Shown here: piece by piece, positions 45,201 through 56,825 of the stretch
Numbering within the stretch: position 1 is the first letter of the stretch
Layout of the letters: each line of letters begins with the position of its first letter
Notes under the pieces: generated by a model
The model's input: only the letters and a program-made list of their open reading frames with translations
What the model was told of the DNA's origin: nothing
The model's database searches: none
Made by a program: the position numbers and the translations under genes
Assembly (NCBI RefSeq): GCF_963921235.1
Contig: NC_086097.1
Location: forward strand, 4,960,001-5,024,000
Source of the DNA: Mobula hypostoma
Lineage: Eukaryota
Direction of reading: 5' to 3'
DNA: 64,000 bases

Positions 45201-45934
45201 ACCTAACCTCCAGGCTCGGCGAACAACCCTACTAACAAGCAGCCAAGCAGAGCCTCCGGTTTTCCCTTTCATTTTCAATGTATGTATATCTTAGTAAAGG
45301 TTAGTAAATTGTGGGCATTGTGTGTTTTCACTTGAAGCCAGGGGCAGGGGTGGCTTCGGGGCTTCAATGTTTCAATCATTCATTCAATGGGTTTCTTGTT
45401 TTGGGGATGTCTGTGAAGAGTACAAATTTCGGGTTGTAGACTCTATACATTGTCTGATAATAAATGAACCTTTGAACCATTGAAGCATGGTAACACTTGC
45501 AGGCTGCCCCCAGCACATCTCGTCAAATCCTGCACCAAAATCTGCCAATTTTCTAACAACAGTAATAGATTAAAGGAACTTGAATCTGTTGTCCAAAGCT
45601 GTCTGAGGCTGCTCCTTGCCCACCAGATAGAAATTTTATCTCTTTGGGACCTCCGTTACAGACACTCTATCATCCCTACTTCCTGGCATTGCTCACTGCT
45701 TTACTCAACTGAAGGATAATTCCCAGGAAGTCATTCCCCAACGTGTCAATCAAACCTGAAAGATTAGCAAGAAGTGACTGGGCTTTTTGCTGTGGGGAAA
45801 TTGCTCATGACCACAAGATCTCCCTTATGAGCAGGAACTGGGTTGATTCAGAGGCTTTAACATATTTGCTCAAACTAATAAATTGTCCGTCTCTCCATTC
45901 AGTTCTTGAGATTAGTTCATAATCATCTGCACTG

Positions 45935-46652
45935 TGGCAGTTAACAACAAACACGTTATTAGCTCCTGCAAACAGTGGGCCAAATACAAGGCTGTTGATT
46001 GACAGCATTCCCCTGGCTATTTCAAATGGCAATTACAGACATTGATTACCTTTTCTCACAGTTAATATTCTTTGCAATTTACATCAACATTTCTCACTTA
46101 GAATAAGTGATATTAATTAAATATTAATGGCGGTTAAAATTTCTTAAAATCAAACTTAGTCCCGAACTGCATAATCCCACACACTCATCAAAAGACCCAT
46201 GCAATCATGGGTAATTTTGAAACCGAAGTGAAGAGGTGTTCAAAAGCAATCATCATTCAGCTCAAAGCACAAATTCGCTGTAGGTGGGACAGAAAATGTA
46301 TTCATTGAGATGCAGCATGGAACAGGCCCCTCCAGTGATTGAGCCACACCACATAGAAACCCACCCATTTAACCCTACCCTCATCAATTTGCAATGACCA
46401 ATTAACCTTCTAATCAGTATGTCATTAAACGGTGGAAGGAATGAGGAGAACATACAGACTCCTTGCAGGTGACATTGGAAATGAACTCTGAACTCTCAAT
46501 GCCCTGAGTTGTAATCGCATTGCACGAACCATTATGTTACCATGGTCTCCCAAAATGCATAACCTATTTTGTATTATTTGATTTGAACCAGGTCCATTTT
46601 GCTTATTAACTGAACTTGATTTGGAAGTCATGTTTATCCAGCATTTTGTGTG
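45935..46652 (-). repeat. Right arm of the long-range inverted repeat, interrupted by a SINE
   Basis: Matches the reverse complement of 26417-26930 on both sides of the SINE. Confidence 0.9.
46299..46552 (-). mobile_element. tRNA-derived SINE
   Basis: Same family as 8905-9200; flanked by aaaatg on both sides (probable TSD). Confidence 0.75.
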
Positions 46653-47750
46653 TATAAGAACACAAGAACAAGGCCATTCGGCCCATTGAGTCTGCTCCAT
46701 CATTCTATCATAGCTGATTTATTATCTCTCTCTCAAACCCATTCTGCAGCCTCCTCCCTGTAACTTTTGATCCCCTTAATAATCAACAACCTATCAACCT
46801 CGGCTTTAAATATACTCAATGTCTTGGTCTCCACAACTGTCTGTGGCAATGAATTCCACAGTTTTATAACCCCTTTATCTAAAGAAGTTCCTTCTCATCT
46901 CTGTTCTAAAGAGATGTCTTTCTATTCTGAGAGACCAAGACTCCCACACTATATGATACATCTTCCCACATTCACTCTATGCAGACCTTTCAGAATTTGA
47001 TAGGTTTAAATGAGGTCCCCCCGCATTCTTCTCAATTTCAGGAGTACAGGCCCAGAGCCATCACATGCTCCTCATACATTAACCCTTTAATTCCCTGAAT
47101 CATTTGCATAGACCTCTTCTGGACCCTCTCCAATGCCAACATATCTTTTTTTTAGATAAGGAGCCCGAAATTGCTCACAATACTCCAAGTGTGGTCTGAC
47201 CAATGCACTAAAAGGTGTCAAACTGAAAGGTATCCTTGCTTTTATATTCTATCCTTCTCAAAATAAATGCTAATATTGCATTTGCTTACTTTGACCCAAG
47301 TGGCAGGTTAACCTTTAGGGAATTCCCTTTGCCCCTCTGATTTTTGAATTTCTATCCTTTTAGAATATAATTTATGCCCATTCCCCCAATCTGTCTAAGT
47401 CTTTCTGCAGACTCCGGTTTTCAAAGCTACATTCCTCTGAACATATCTTTGTATCATCCACAAACTTGGCCACAAAGCTAGCAATTCCATCAATTAAATA
47501 TTTAACAAATGTATGACCTGAAAAGAAGACGTGTCAACACCGACTCATGTAGAACACCAGCAGCAAACCAGAAAAGGCTCCCTTTATTCCCACTCCTTGC
47601 CTCCTGCCAGTCAACCAATCTGCTGGTACCCTTCCTGTAATACCATGGGCTCTGAACTTGTTTAGCAATCTCATGTGCAGCACTTTGTCAAGGGTCTTCT
47701 TAAAATCCAAGAAAACAATTTCCACTGATTCCCTTTTATCTATCCTGTCT
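46653..47750 (-). mobile_element. Old CR1 3' portion
   Basis: FLDFKK.LDKV.H.RLL.K..AHGI; tail at 46653. Confidence 0.85.
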
Positions 47751-48387
47751 CTGACCTCCGCCACCCCAAGCTGTAACAGTGCTGCACTAACCATTAAGCT
47801 ACCACAGATTACAGAAAAGCAGGGAAATGACTTGGAACCTTCAAACGCCGATTTGTCATTGCTTATCGTAGCTCTTCGTTTGTACTGCATAGCTAGCGTA
47901 GAGTTTTGATGGTACGTCTTGCATGCAATGTGAAAAATACAACTTTTATACATAAGGTTCAAATGCAACTGTGGAATTTCTCAGCAATATAAAACTTGAT
48001 ATCTAGTAAGAGTTAGGAAAATAAATGATCTTTTATTGATATAGTAGTCATTGAGTCTTAGGGACATATGTAACATGCTGTAGGGTTTCACTGATAATGT
48101 AATGGTTTCTCTGTAGCAGCAATGTTTGGGTTATGATTAGAGATAACAGGTTTTGGAATGCTGTTGTTCTTTCTTGTGAGTCTGGAAGAGAGATTTTCGC
48201 AGTCTTTTTGGCCAGGGAGAGATGAGGAGAGAAGACGCGAATGCAGAGAGTTGGTAGACTGCCGGACGGGGTGGACTTGGAGCGAGAGTCCGAAGGGCAG
48301 CGACGATTGCAGGAGGTCGATGGTGAACGAATGGCCATGTTTGTGAGCTCCAACATTGCGCAACAGACCGTTAAATAAGATTGGGCA

Positions 48388-49585
48388 ACTCACACAAAAT
48401 GCTGCAGGAACTCAGCATCTATGGGAAAAAGTGTAGATGACATTTCGGCAGGACTGGAGAAAAAAAGACGAGGAGTAGATTTGAAAGGTGAGTGGAGGAA
48501 ACACCAGTTGATAGGTATAACTTGAAGTGGGAGGGATGAAGCAAAGAGCTAGGAAGTTGATTGATGAAAGAGACAGAAGGCCATGGAAGAAAGAAAATGG
48601 GGTGGGGGAGGAGCACCAGAGGGAGGCAATGGGCGGGCAAGGAGATGAGAGAGAAACAAGGGGATGGGAAATAGTGAAGGAGGAGAGGGGAGGCATTACT
48701 GGAAGTTTGAGAAATCGATATTCATGCTATCAGGTTGGAGGCTACCAAAATGGAATATAAGGTGTTGTTCCTCCAAGTGTGGTCTTATCTCGACAGTAGA
48801 AGAGGCCATGAATGGACATATTGGAATGGGAATCGGAAGTGGAATTAAAATGTGTGGCCACTGGGAGATCCCACTTGTTCTAGTGGACGGAGAGTAGATG
48901 CTCGGCAAAGCAATCTCCCAATCTACGTCAGGTCCCACCGATGTGCAAGAGGCCACACTGGGAGCACCAAACATGGTTGAGTGGTTGTGGGAGAGAAGCT
49001 TTAGGGGCAGGCGTAGCACTTGTTCCACATGCAAGGATAAAAGCCAGGAAGGAGGTCTGTGGGGAGGGATGAATGGACAAGGGAGTGATCTCTGTGGAAA
49101 ACAGAAAGTGGGGAGGAGGGAAGATGCATTTGGTGGTAGGATCCAGTTGGAGGTGGCAGAAGTTTCGGAGAATTATGTGCTGGACGAGGAGGCTGATAGG
49201 GTGGTAGATGAGGACAAGAGGAACTCTATCCCTGATAGCATGGCGGGAGGATGGGGTAAGAGTAGATGTGCTTGAAATGGAAGAGCTGCAGTTGAGGGCA
49301 GCATTGATAGTGGAGAAAGGGAAGCCCCTTTCTTTGAAAAAGGAGGACATCTCTTTCATTCTAGAATGAAAAGCCTCATTCTGAGAGCAGATGCGGTGGA
49401 GATAGAGGAATTGAGAAAAGGCAATGGCACTTTTACAAGTAGTAGGGTTGGACGAGGTATAGTCCAGGTAGATGTGAGAATCCATTGGTTTATAATAGAC
49501 CGGTGGGTAAGCTGTCTCCAGAGATAGAGACAGTGAGGTTGGGAAGGGAAGTGTTGAAAATCATCCAGGTAAATTTGAGGGCAAG
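48388..49585 (-). mobile_element. Older PLE fragment
   Basis: ORFs 49485-48928 and 49034-48696, homologous to 19909-18749. Confidence 0.88.
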
Positions 49586-49589
49586 GTGG

Positions 49590-50440
49590 AAGTCCTGTCA
49601 ACATCCTTGTAAACTTTCTCTGTACTCTTTCAACCATATTTACATCTTTCCTGTAGGTAGGTGAACAAAACTGCACACAGTTCTCCAAATTAGGCTTCTC
49701 AAGCATTTTATACAATTTCAACATAACATTCCAACTCCTGTACTCAATACATTGATTTATGAAGGCCAATGTGCCAAAAGCTTTCTTTTGAACCCAGTCT
49801 AACTGTGATGCCACTTTCAAGGAATTATGGATCTGTATTCCTAGATCCCTCTATTCTACCACACTCCTCAGTGCCCGACCACTCCCCATGTAAGACCTGC
49901 CCTGGTTGGTCCTACCAAAGTGCAACACCTTGCCCTTGTCTGCATTAAATTCCATCCACCATTTTTCAACCCTTTTTTCAGCTGGTCCAGCTCCCGCTGC
50001 AATATCTTCCACATTGTCCACTACACACCCAAGCTAAGTGTCATTCAAAAATTTGCTGATCCAGTTAACCGCATTATCATCTAGATTGTTGATATAGATA
50101 ACAAACAACATTAGACCCAGCAATGATTCCTGCGGTACATCACTTGTCACAGACCTTCAGTCAGACAGCAACCTTCTACTACCGCCCCCTGGCTTCTCCC
50201 AGAAAGCCAATGTCTAATCCAATTCACTACCTCATCTTGAATGCTGAGTGACTGAACCTTCTTCACCAACCTTTCATGTGGGACCTTGTCAATGCCTTCC
50301 TAAAGGCCATGTGGACAAAATCGACTGCCTTGTGTTCTTCAACTTTCCTGGTAATTTCTTCAAAAACTGGTTAGACATGACTTACCACGCACAAAGCCAT
50401 GATGACTATTCTTACTCAGTCCCTGTCTATCCAAATACAG
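49590..50440 (-). mobile_element. Old CR1 RT fragment
   Basis: VQKKAFG.LAFI...IEYRS..VML.LYK..VERVQRKFTRML. Confidence 0.8.
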
Positions 50441-50496
50441 TCTGTGGCTGAGTGTTCCACAGGTTCACTATTCTCTGGCTAAAAAATTCCTCCTTA

Positions 50497-50755
50497 CGAC
50501 TATTATAGCTCAGGGCATCGTAGTTTGGAGTTTAATTCTCGCACCATGAAAGTTTGTATGTTCTTCTGTGTGCGTGTGCTTTTCCTCCAGATGCTCCAGT
50601 TTCCTCCCACAGTCCAAAGACGTATACCGGGTAATAGGTTCATTGGTCATTGTAAATTGTCATGTAATTAAGCTAGGTTTAAATCAGTTGCTGAGCAGTG
50701 TGGCTCGTTGGCCAGAATGGCCTGTTCTTGCACTGTATCCCTCGGTAAATAAATA
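50497..50755 (+). mobile_element. tRNA-derived SINE
   Basis: ctccagtttcctcccacagtccaaagacg body and tail. Confidence 0.7.
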
Positions 50756-51857
50756 CATATTTCTAACCTTACCATAAAACCTGCTGATAAGGGGGGTGCT
50801 GTTGTAGTCTGGCGTACTGACCTCTACCTTGCCGAGGCACAGTGACAACTCGCTGATACCTCCTCTTATTTACCCCTCAAATATGACCCCACTAAGGACC
50901 ACCAGGCCATTGTCTCCCACACCATCACCAACCTTATCAGCTCTAGGGATCTCCCATCTACCGCCACCAACCTAATAGTTTCCACACCCCGCACTTCCTG
51001 TTTCTACCTCCTACCCAAGATCCACAAACCTGCCTGTCCAGGTAGACCCATTGTCTCAGTTTGCTCCTGCCCCACCGAACTTGTTTCTGCATACCTCGAC
51101 ACGGTTTTATCCCCCCTTGTTCAATCCCTTCCCACCTATGTTCATGACACTTAGCACGCTCTGGATTTTTTCAATGATTTTAAATTCCCTGGCCCCTGTT
51201 GTTTTATTTTCACCATGGATGTCCAGTCCCTATATACCTCCATCCCCCACCAGGAAGGTCTCAAAGCTCTCTGTTTCTTTTTGGATTCCAGATCCAACCA
51301 GTTCCCCTCTACCACCACTCTCCTCCATCTAGCGGAATTGGTCCTTACTCTTAATAATTTCTTTGGCTCCTCCCACTTCCTCCAAACTAAAGGTGTAGCC
51401 ATAGGCACCCATATGGGTCCCAGCTATGCCTGACCTTTTGTTGGCTATGTGGAACAGTCCATATTCCAAGCCTATACCTTTACTGGTATCCGTCCCCCAC
51501 TTTTCCTTTGCTAAATCGATGACTGCATTGGCGCTGCATGCTGAGCTCATTGAATTCATCAACTTTGCCTCCAACTTTCACCTTGCCCTCAAACTTACCT
51601 GATCCATTTCCGACACCTCCCTCTCCTTCCTTGATCTCTCTGTCTCTATCTGTGAAGACAGCTTATCTACTGATGTCTACTATAAGCTCACGGACTCTCA
51701 GAGCTACTGGACTATTCCTCTTCGCACCCTAGTACTTGTAAAAATGCCATCCCCTTCTCTCAATTCCTCTGTCTCCGCTGCATCTGCTCTCAGAATGAGG
51801 CTTTTCATTCCAGGACGAAGGAGATGTCTTTCTTTTTTAAAGAAAGGGGCTTCCCTT

Positions 51858-52702
51858 TGTCACGTGACTGGCAACAATGAATATAGAATTGAGTAAGGTT
51901 TTATAAAAATAAATGAACTTTTATTAAACTCTGCTCAAAAATAGCAAAATGTATTTAAACGACTAACTTAACCAGAAGTTAACTGCTATATGGCAACTCT
52001 GGAACAGTTCTTAAAAGGGTAAATGTGAATCAGTTCTTAAAGTGGTAAATTCGAATACAGTTCTTAGAATAGGAAATTCGAAAGTCCAAGAGATTTATAC
52101 AGTCCTGAAGTAAAGAATTCCTCAAAGACGTGACGTTACTGCTGATCCCAGCCAGAACCTGCCTTGTCCACAGGATTCACAATGATAGAAATAAAACGGT
52201 TTAAAGGAACTGACCTTTTCCTCTGGAGAATAGATACTGCGCAATCCTTCCTGCTTTAGCAGAGGATATCTCATGCAGGTCACTATTTCTTGAACGAAGA
52301 TTCAATAAAGGTCGATCCTCTCCAAAACCGCCACACGATATCAGCTTTACTTGACTCTGCGAATTCCTGTACTTTGGTAAGGTCTTCACTCTCCAATACT
52401 ACTACAATAGAAAGTAGAACTCCACTTTAAAACGAAACTGTGTCATAAGACAAATATGCAGCATAACGGAGTGTCTGACGAATTAAATAATGAACTAAAC
52501 TTAAAACTCAACTGGAAAAACTAACTGCGCCCCACCAGGATCTCCCTTTATATACCTGGTCAGAACATGTTATGACGTGACCTCACATCGGCGGGAAAAT
52601 TACATCATGTGACCTCCACAAGCCCATTACATCACGCTCATTGGATACTCAATTACATCATGGTCATAAGACGGTCACAGAATACCCATGAGGTATGTAA
52701 CA
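51858..52702 (-). mobile_element. Solo LTR (845 bp) with 4-bp TSD
   Basis: tgtcac...tgtaaca termini; cctt at 51854-51857 and 52703-52706; minus-strand TATA (~52550) and AATAAA (~51920); PLE is contiguous once it is removed. Confidence 0.85.
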
Positions 52703-53705
52703 CCTTCCTCCACCATCAGCTCTGCCCTCAAACTCATCTCTCCCATTTCACACACATCTCCTCGCACCCCATCCTCCTGCCACCCCACTATGGATAGGGT
52801 TCTTCTTGTCCTCACCTACCACTCCACCAGCCTCCGTGTCCAAAATATAATTCTCTGTAACTTCCGCCATCTCCAACGGGATCCCACCACAAAACACATC
52901 TTTCCCTCCCCCCCACTTTCTGCTTTCCGCAGGGATCACTCCCTATGCGACACCCTAGTCCATTTGTCCCCCTCATCCCTTCCCACCGATCTCCCTCCTG
53001 GCACTTATCCTTGTAAGCAGAACAAGTGCTACACATGCCCTTACACTTCCTCCCTTACCACCATTCAGGGCCCCAGACAGTCCTTCCAGGTGAGGCGACA
53101 CTTCACCTGTGAGCCTGCTGGTGTGATATACTGCATTTGGTGCTCCCTTCTATATTTTGGCGAGACCTGATGCAGATTGGGAGAACGCTTCGCTGTACAC
53201 CTACGCTCTGTCTGCCAGAGGAAGCAGGATCTCCCAGTGGCCACACATTTTAATTCCATGTCCCATTCCCATTCCGATATATCAGTTCACGGCCACCTCT
53301 GCTGTAAAGATGAAGCCACAGTCAGGTTGGAGGAACAACACCTTATATTCTGTCTGGTTAGCCTCGAACCTGATGGCATGAATATTGATTTCTCTAACTT
53401 CTGTTAATGCCCTTCCTCCCCTTCTTACCCCATCGCTATTTATTTATTTGTTTGTTTGTTTGTTTATTTATTCTCTCTTTCCCTCTCACAATAACCTTTT
53501 GCCTGTTCTCCATCTTCCTCTGGTGCTCCCCTCCCCCTTTCTTTCTTCCAAGGCCTCCCGTCCCATGATACTCCCCCTTCTCCAGCCTATTGCCAATCAA
53601 CCTCCCAGCTCTTGGCTCCATCCCTCCCCCTCCTGTCTTCTCCTATCATTTTGGGTCTCCCCCTCCCCTTCCCACTTTCAAATCTTCTACTATCTTTTTT
53701 TCTGT

Positions 53706-53742
53706 TAGTCCTGACGAAGGGTCTCGACCGAAACGTCGACTG
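53706..53742 (+). ncRNA. Minimal hammerhead ribozyme (stem II variant)
   Basis: tagtc-ctgacga-ag-ggt-ctcg-acc-gaaac-gtc-gactg. Confidence 0.7.
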
Positions 53743-54269
53743 TACTTCTTCCTATAGATGCTGCCTAGCCTGCCATGTTCCACCAGCATTTTGTGTGTGT
53801 TGATTGAATTTCCAGCATCTGCAGATATTCTCGGTGTTTACATATTTTTGTGGTTGCTTTTTGCCAGAATACTTTCCCCAACCTCTCCTAATAAAATGTA
53901 AAGTTGGAAGAAGATTGCTTTGGAATTTAAGAAAGGTTAAACACAGTTTGCAGCAAAAACCATTAGCATGAATGAATAGAAATTGATCCGAGTTTTCTGG
54001 GAACTGTATTTATAGTGAAATGAAAAGCCACTTGCCTGTTTAGATTTTCTTAGTTTGATAGTTTGCATAATTTATTTCTATGATTATGCTAATCACTCCC
54101 AGTTATAATGAATTTTAGCATTGATTTTTGAGGTTAGCATTAATTTTAACTTGTAAAATGCTTCACAAATTTATAGACTGCCTTTATTTGATTTTGCTAA
54201 AGTTATGGAACATTTGGTAGTCTACAGCTAAGGACATGTTGGATTTGAAAAATATCTTTTGAGGTGAAT

Positions 54270-54850
54270 TGTTATTTTGTGGGCCCTCTATTGCCTGGGA
54301 TCAACTATGGATATTGGTCGCATTTGTTAACGAGATATGCATGCCTGGGCAGTACTATATGGAGAACAAGCTGTTGCCCATGAAGCAGGCTCCCCTGCTC
54401 CATGCAGCTCATGAATCCAAAGAAATAGCAGAGACCACCAGCGGTATTGCAGCAGTTACCAACCAGTGCCGAACTCACCATCGGACTGCCTGAGAGACTC
54501 CAGCTCTGGAGTTTTCCTCAGTATTTACTCCTGAAGACTGCCTCATGAGTGGGTATAGCCGCAAGGCAACGGAAGTTTGATGTCAGAATTTTCCTTTAGA
54601 TGAGCTGCCAACCATGGCTGGTGGGGCCCATCTGCCTGAAGCAACTGGTTTTAAGGTGCCAGTAACCCACCTTTGCCCCTTCTCCTGTTAGCAGAAATGG
54701 TTCAACAGAGCTCAGTAGTTAAGGCACACGTGGCTAGGAGCTGGGCTGGTTGTCAGAAGCTCATTGAGACACATGCCTTTGGCAGCATATTATAGGTAGT
54801 GGGAGCTTATCCCCACTATGTCTCCTGCCTATGAGAACCTTAAGGAACCA
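54270..54850 (-). mobile_element. Probable RTE-type 5' UTR or non-autonomous derivative
   Basis: Resembles RTE-clade leaders (atggttggcagctcatct..gccttgcggctatacccactc); by eye only. Confidence 0.4.
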
Positions 54851-55114
54851 ATTCTTGTTTTAAAAAAAAAGATTTTGAAGGGTACAGACTTTACCCAATT
54901 CATTCGATTATTCGGTGTGAAAGAAGTTCAGAGATGATGAAATGGTGCTGATACTCATGGAATCTCTGCTATAGTTCTGTCTCTTACTTCAATTAACTAT
55001 TTATCTGAATGCCTCCTAAGTCAAGAAATGCTGAGCTTTGTACTTCAATTAATAACTTCTCAGTTTTATGGAAGAAAGTGAAAAAGGGAAGGTGGTGATA
55101 AGCTTTCTTTAGTT

Positions 55115-55447
55115 CGCCCAACAGAAGGACGAAACAAATATCTAACGAGGACGTCATGAACAGAGCAAACACAAAAAGAGAAATAATGTATGAGATCATG
55201 AAAAGGCAACATAACTTCATTGGACATGTGATTGGGAAAGAGGAGTTAGAATGCACGGTAATTATGGGAAAGATTGAAGGGAAGAAAGCAAAGAGGAAGA
55301 CAAAGACAAATGATGATGGAAACAGCAGTCAAAGAACTGGAAATGAATTGATCCACTTGACCCGAAACAGGAGTGTGTGGGCCACGGCAGTCAAAGCTCA
55401 AACTGGGCACGGCACCTGATGATGATGATGATGATGATGGTGATGAT
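55115..55447 (+). mobile_element. RTE/RTE-X LINE 3' end with (GAT)n tail
   Basis: SNEDVM.RA..KR.I...I.KRQ..FIGHV...ELE..V.MGKIEGK..RGRQR. Confidence 0.85.
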
Positions 55448-55486
55448 AAGCTACTTCTAACGTGCCACTTAAATATAAAATTTATA

Positions 55487-56029
55487 TAGTCATCAGCCAC
55501 TTTATTTGGTGCACTTGCACACTTGACCATTAAAGCAAACATCTCCTCAGCCAATCACGAGGCAACAACTCAATGTATAAAAGCATGCAGACATGGTCAA
55601 GAGGTTCACCTGTTGTTCAGACCAAACATCAAAATAATTGTTGGTGCCAGACAGGGTGGTTTTAGTATCTCAGAAACTGCTATTCTCCTGGGATTTTCCC
55701 ACACAACAGTCTCTGGAATTCACAGAAAATGGTGCAACCCCCTCCGCCCAAAAAAAAAACACATCCATTGTGTGGCAGCTCTGTGGGTGAAAATGCTTTG
55801 CTAATGAGAGAGGTCAGAGGAGAATGGCCAGATTGGTTCAAGCTGATAGGAAGGCGACAGTAACTCAAATAACCACACATTACAACAGCGGTGTGCAGAA
55901 GAGCATCTCTGAATTCTCAACATGTCAAACTTTGAAATGGATGGACTACAGCAGCAAAAAATTGTGAACACGTACTCAGCGGTGACTTTACTGGGTATAG
56001 GAGGTACCTAATAAAGTGTCTCTGAGTGT
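55487..56029 (+). mobile_element. Tc1/mariner non-autonomous derivative
   Basis: Imperfect TIRs (gccactttatttggtgcac / gtacctaataaagtgtctctgagtg); HTH remnant IVGARQGGFSISETA.LLGFSHTTVS. Confidence 0.8.
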
Positions 56030-56244
56030 CTCTATCTAACATTATAATTTACGCTCTTCTATGCAATGAACATTGAGCAGGAAGTGTCTTTTTCTGGGCA
56101 ATTAATTACCCTCAATGCACCTAATTCAACAATGTCCTCTTGCAAGTTCCCTTGCAAATCTTCAGAGCTTCTAAATCCACACCCAAATTTTACACGCTCA
56201 TCTGGTTACTTATACCACTGTGAAAAAGTAGCCATTTTACTGGA

Positions 56245-56825
56245 TCACATGAAGGTTGAAGAAATTCTTTCCAAGGTTGAGTGAAGTCCATGGACAATGC
56301 CAGTGGTCTCTGTAGCCAAGAAGAATGCGTTTGTCAGGATCTGTGGAGCTTTTAAGGTCACTCTCTGCCTAGTACAGAAAGTAGATCAATACTCTCTGTC
56401 CAGGATAGAGGAGACCTTTACAAATGTTTCTGGAGGAAAACACCTCAGTAGAGTGGATAAGTCGAGGCCTACCTACAGATGGAGATGGAAGAAGAGTCCA
56501 AAGTATTTCTCACCACGCACAAAGGGCTTTATTTTTGGATTAGCACCTGCACCTGCATTCTGACAGAAAGCTATGGACCAGGTGCAGCAGGTGCGCTCTG
56601 TGTTACCTGGACAACATCATTGTTAACAGCAAGGATGACAAGGAACATCTCCAAAATTTCAAGACAGTGTTAAAAAGATTCAAAGATTATAGAGCTTAGA
56701 GCATCACGCGACGAGTATGAATTCTTTATACTGTGGTCACATCACTGATGCCCAAGAATTACACGGAGTGCTAAATAAATTCAAGCAGTAGTGGGTTCCC
56801 TCAGTCCAAAAGACATGTCACAGGT
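56245..56825 (+). pseudogene. Gypsy RT fragment
   Basis: PVV.V.KK...VRICG.FKVT..DQY.L.RIEE.F; YLDNII; homologous to 6525-5719. Confidence 0.8.

Larger units (their letters stand above)
50755..53838 (+). mobile_element. PLE (RT + GIY-YIG + 3' end) interrupted by a solo LTR
   Basis: IKPADKGG, MDVQSLYTSIP, GVAIGTHMGPSYA; ORFs 52688-53170 and 53177-53407. Confidence 0.92.

Noticed and set aside
48098..48387. GC-richer segment starting tgtaatgg, possibly an LTR fragment
   Set aside because: No second terminus or TSD visible; cannot be classified.
50755..51857. In-frame TGA codons as possible selenocysteine recoding in the PLE
   Set aside because: The equivalent codons are sense codons in the younger copy (18320-21040), and this copy also has frameshifts; ordinary decay.
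48388..53838. A third fold-back formed by PLEs 48388(-) and 50755(+)
   Set aside because: Different 3' UTRs and divergence levels, and no TSD found; probably independent insertions.
54690..54770. HDV-like ribozyme in the RTE-type leader (ctcct...ctaacaggag on minus)
   Set aside because: Only a P2-like pairing is visible; I could not build P1/P3.
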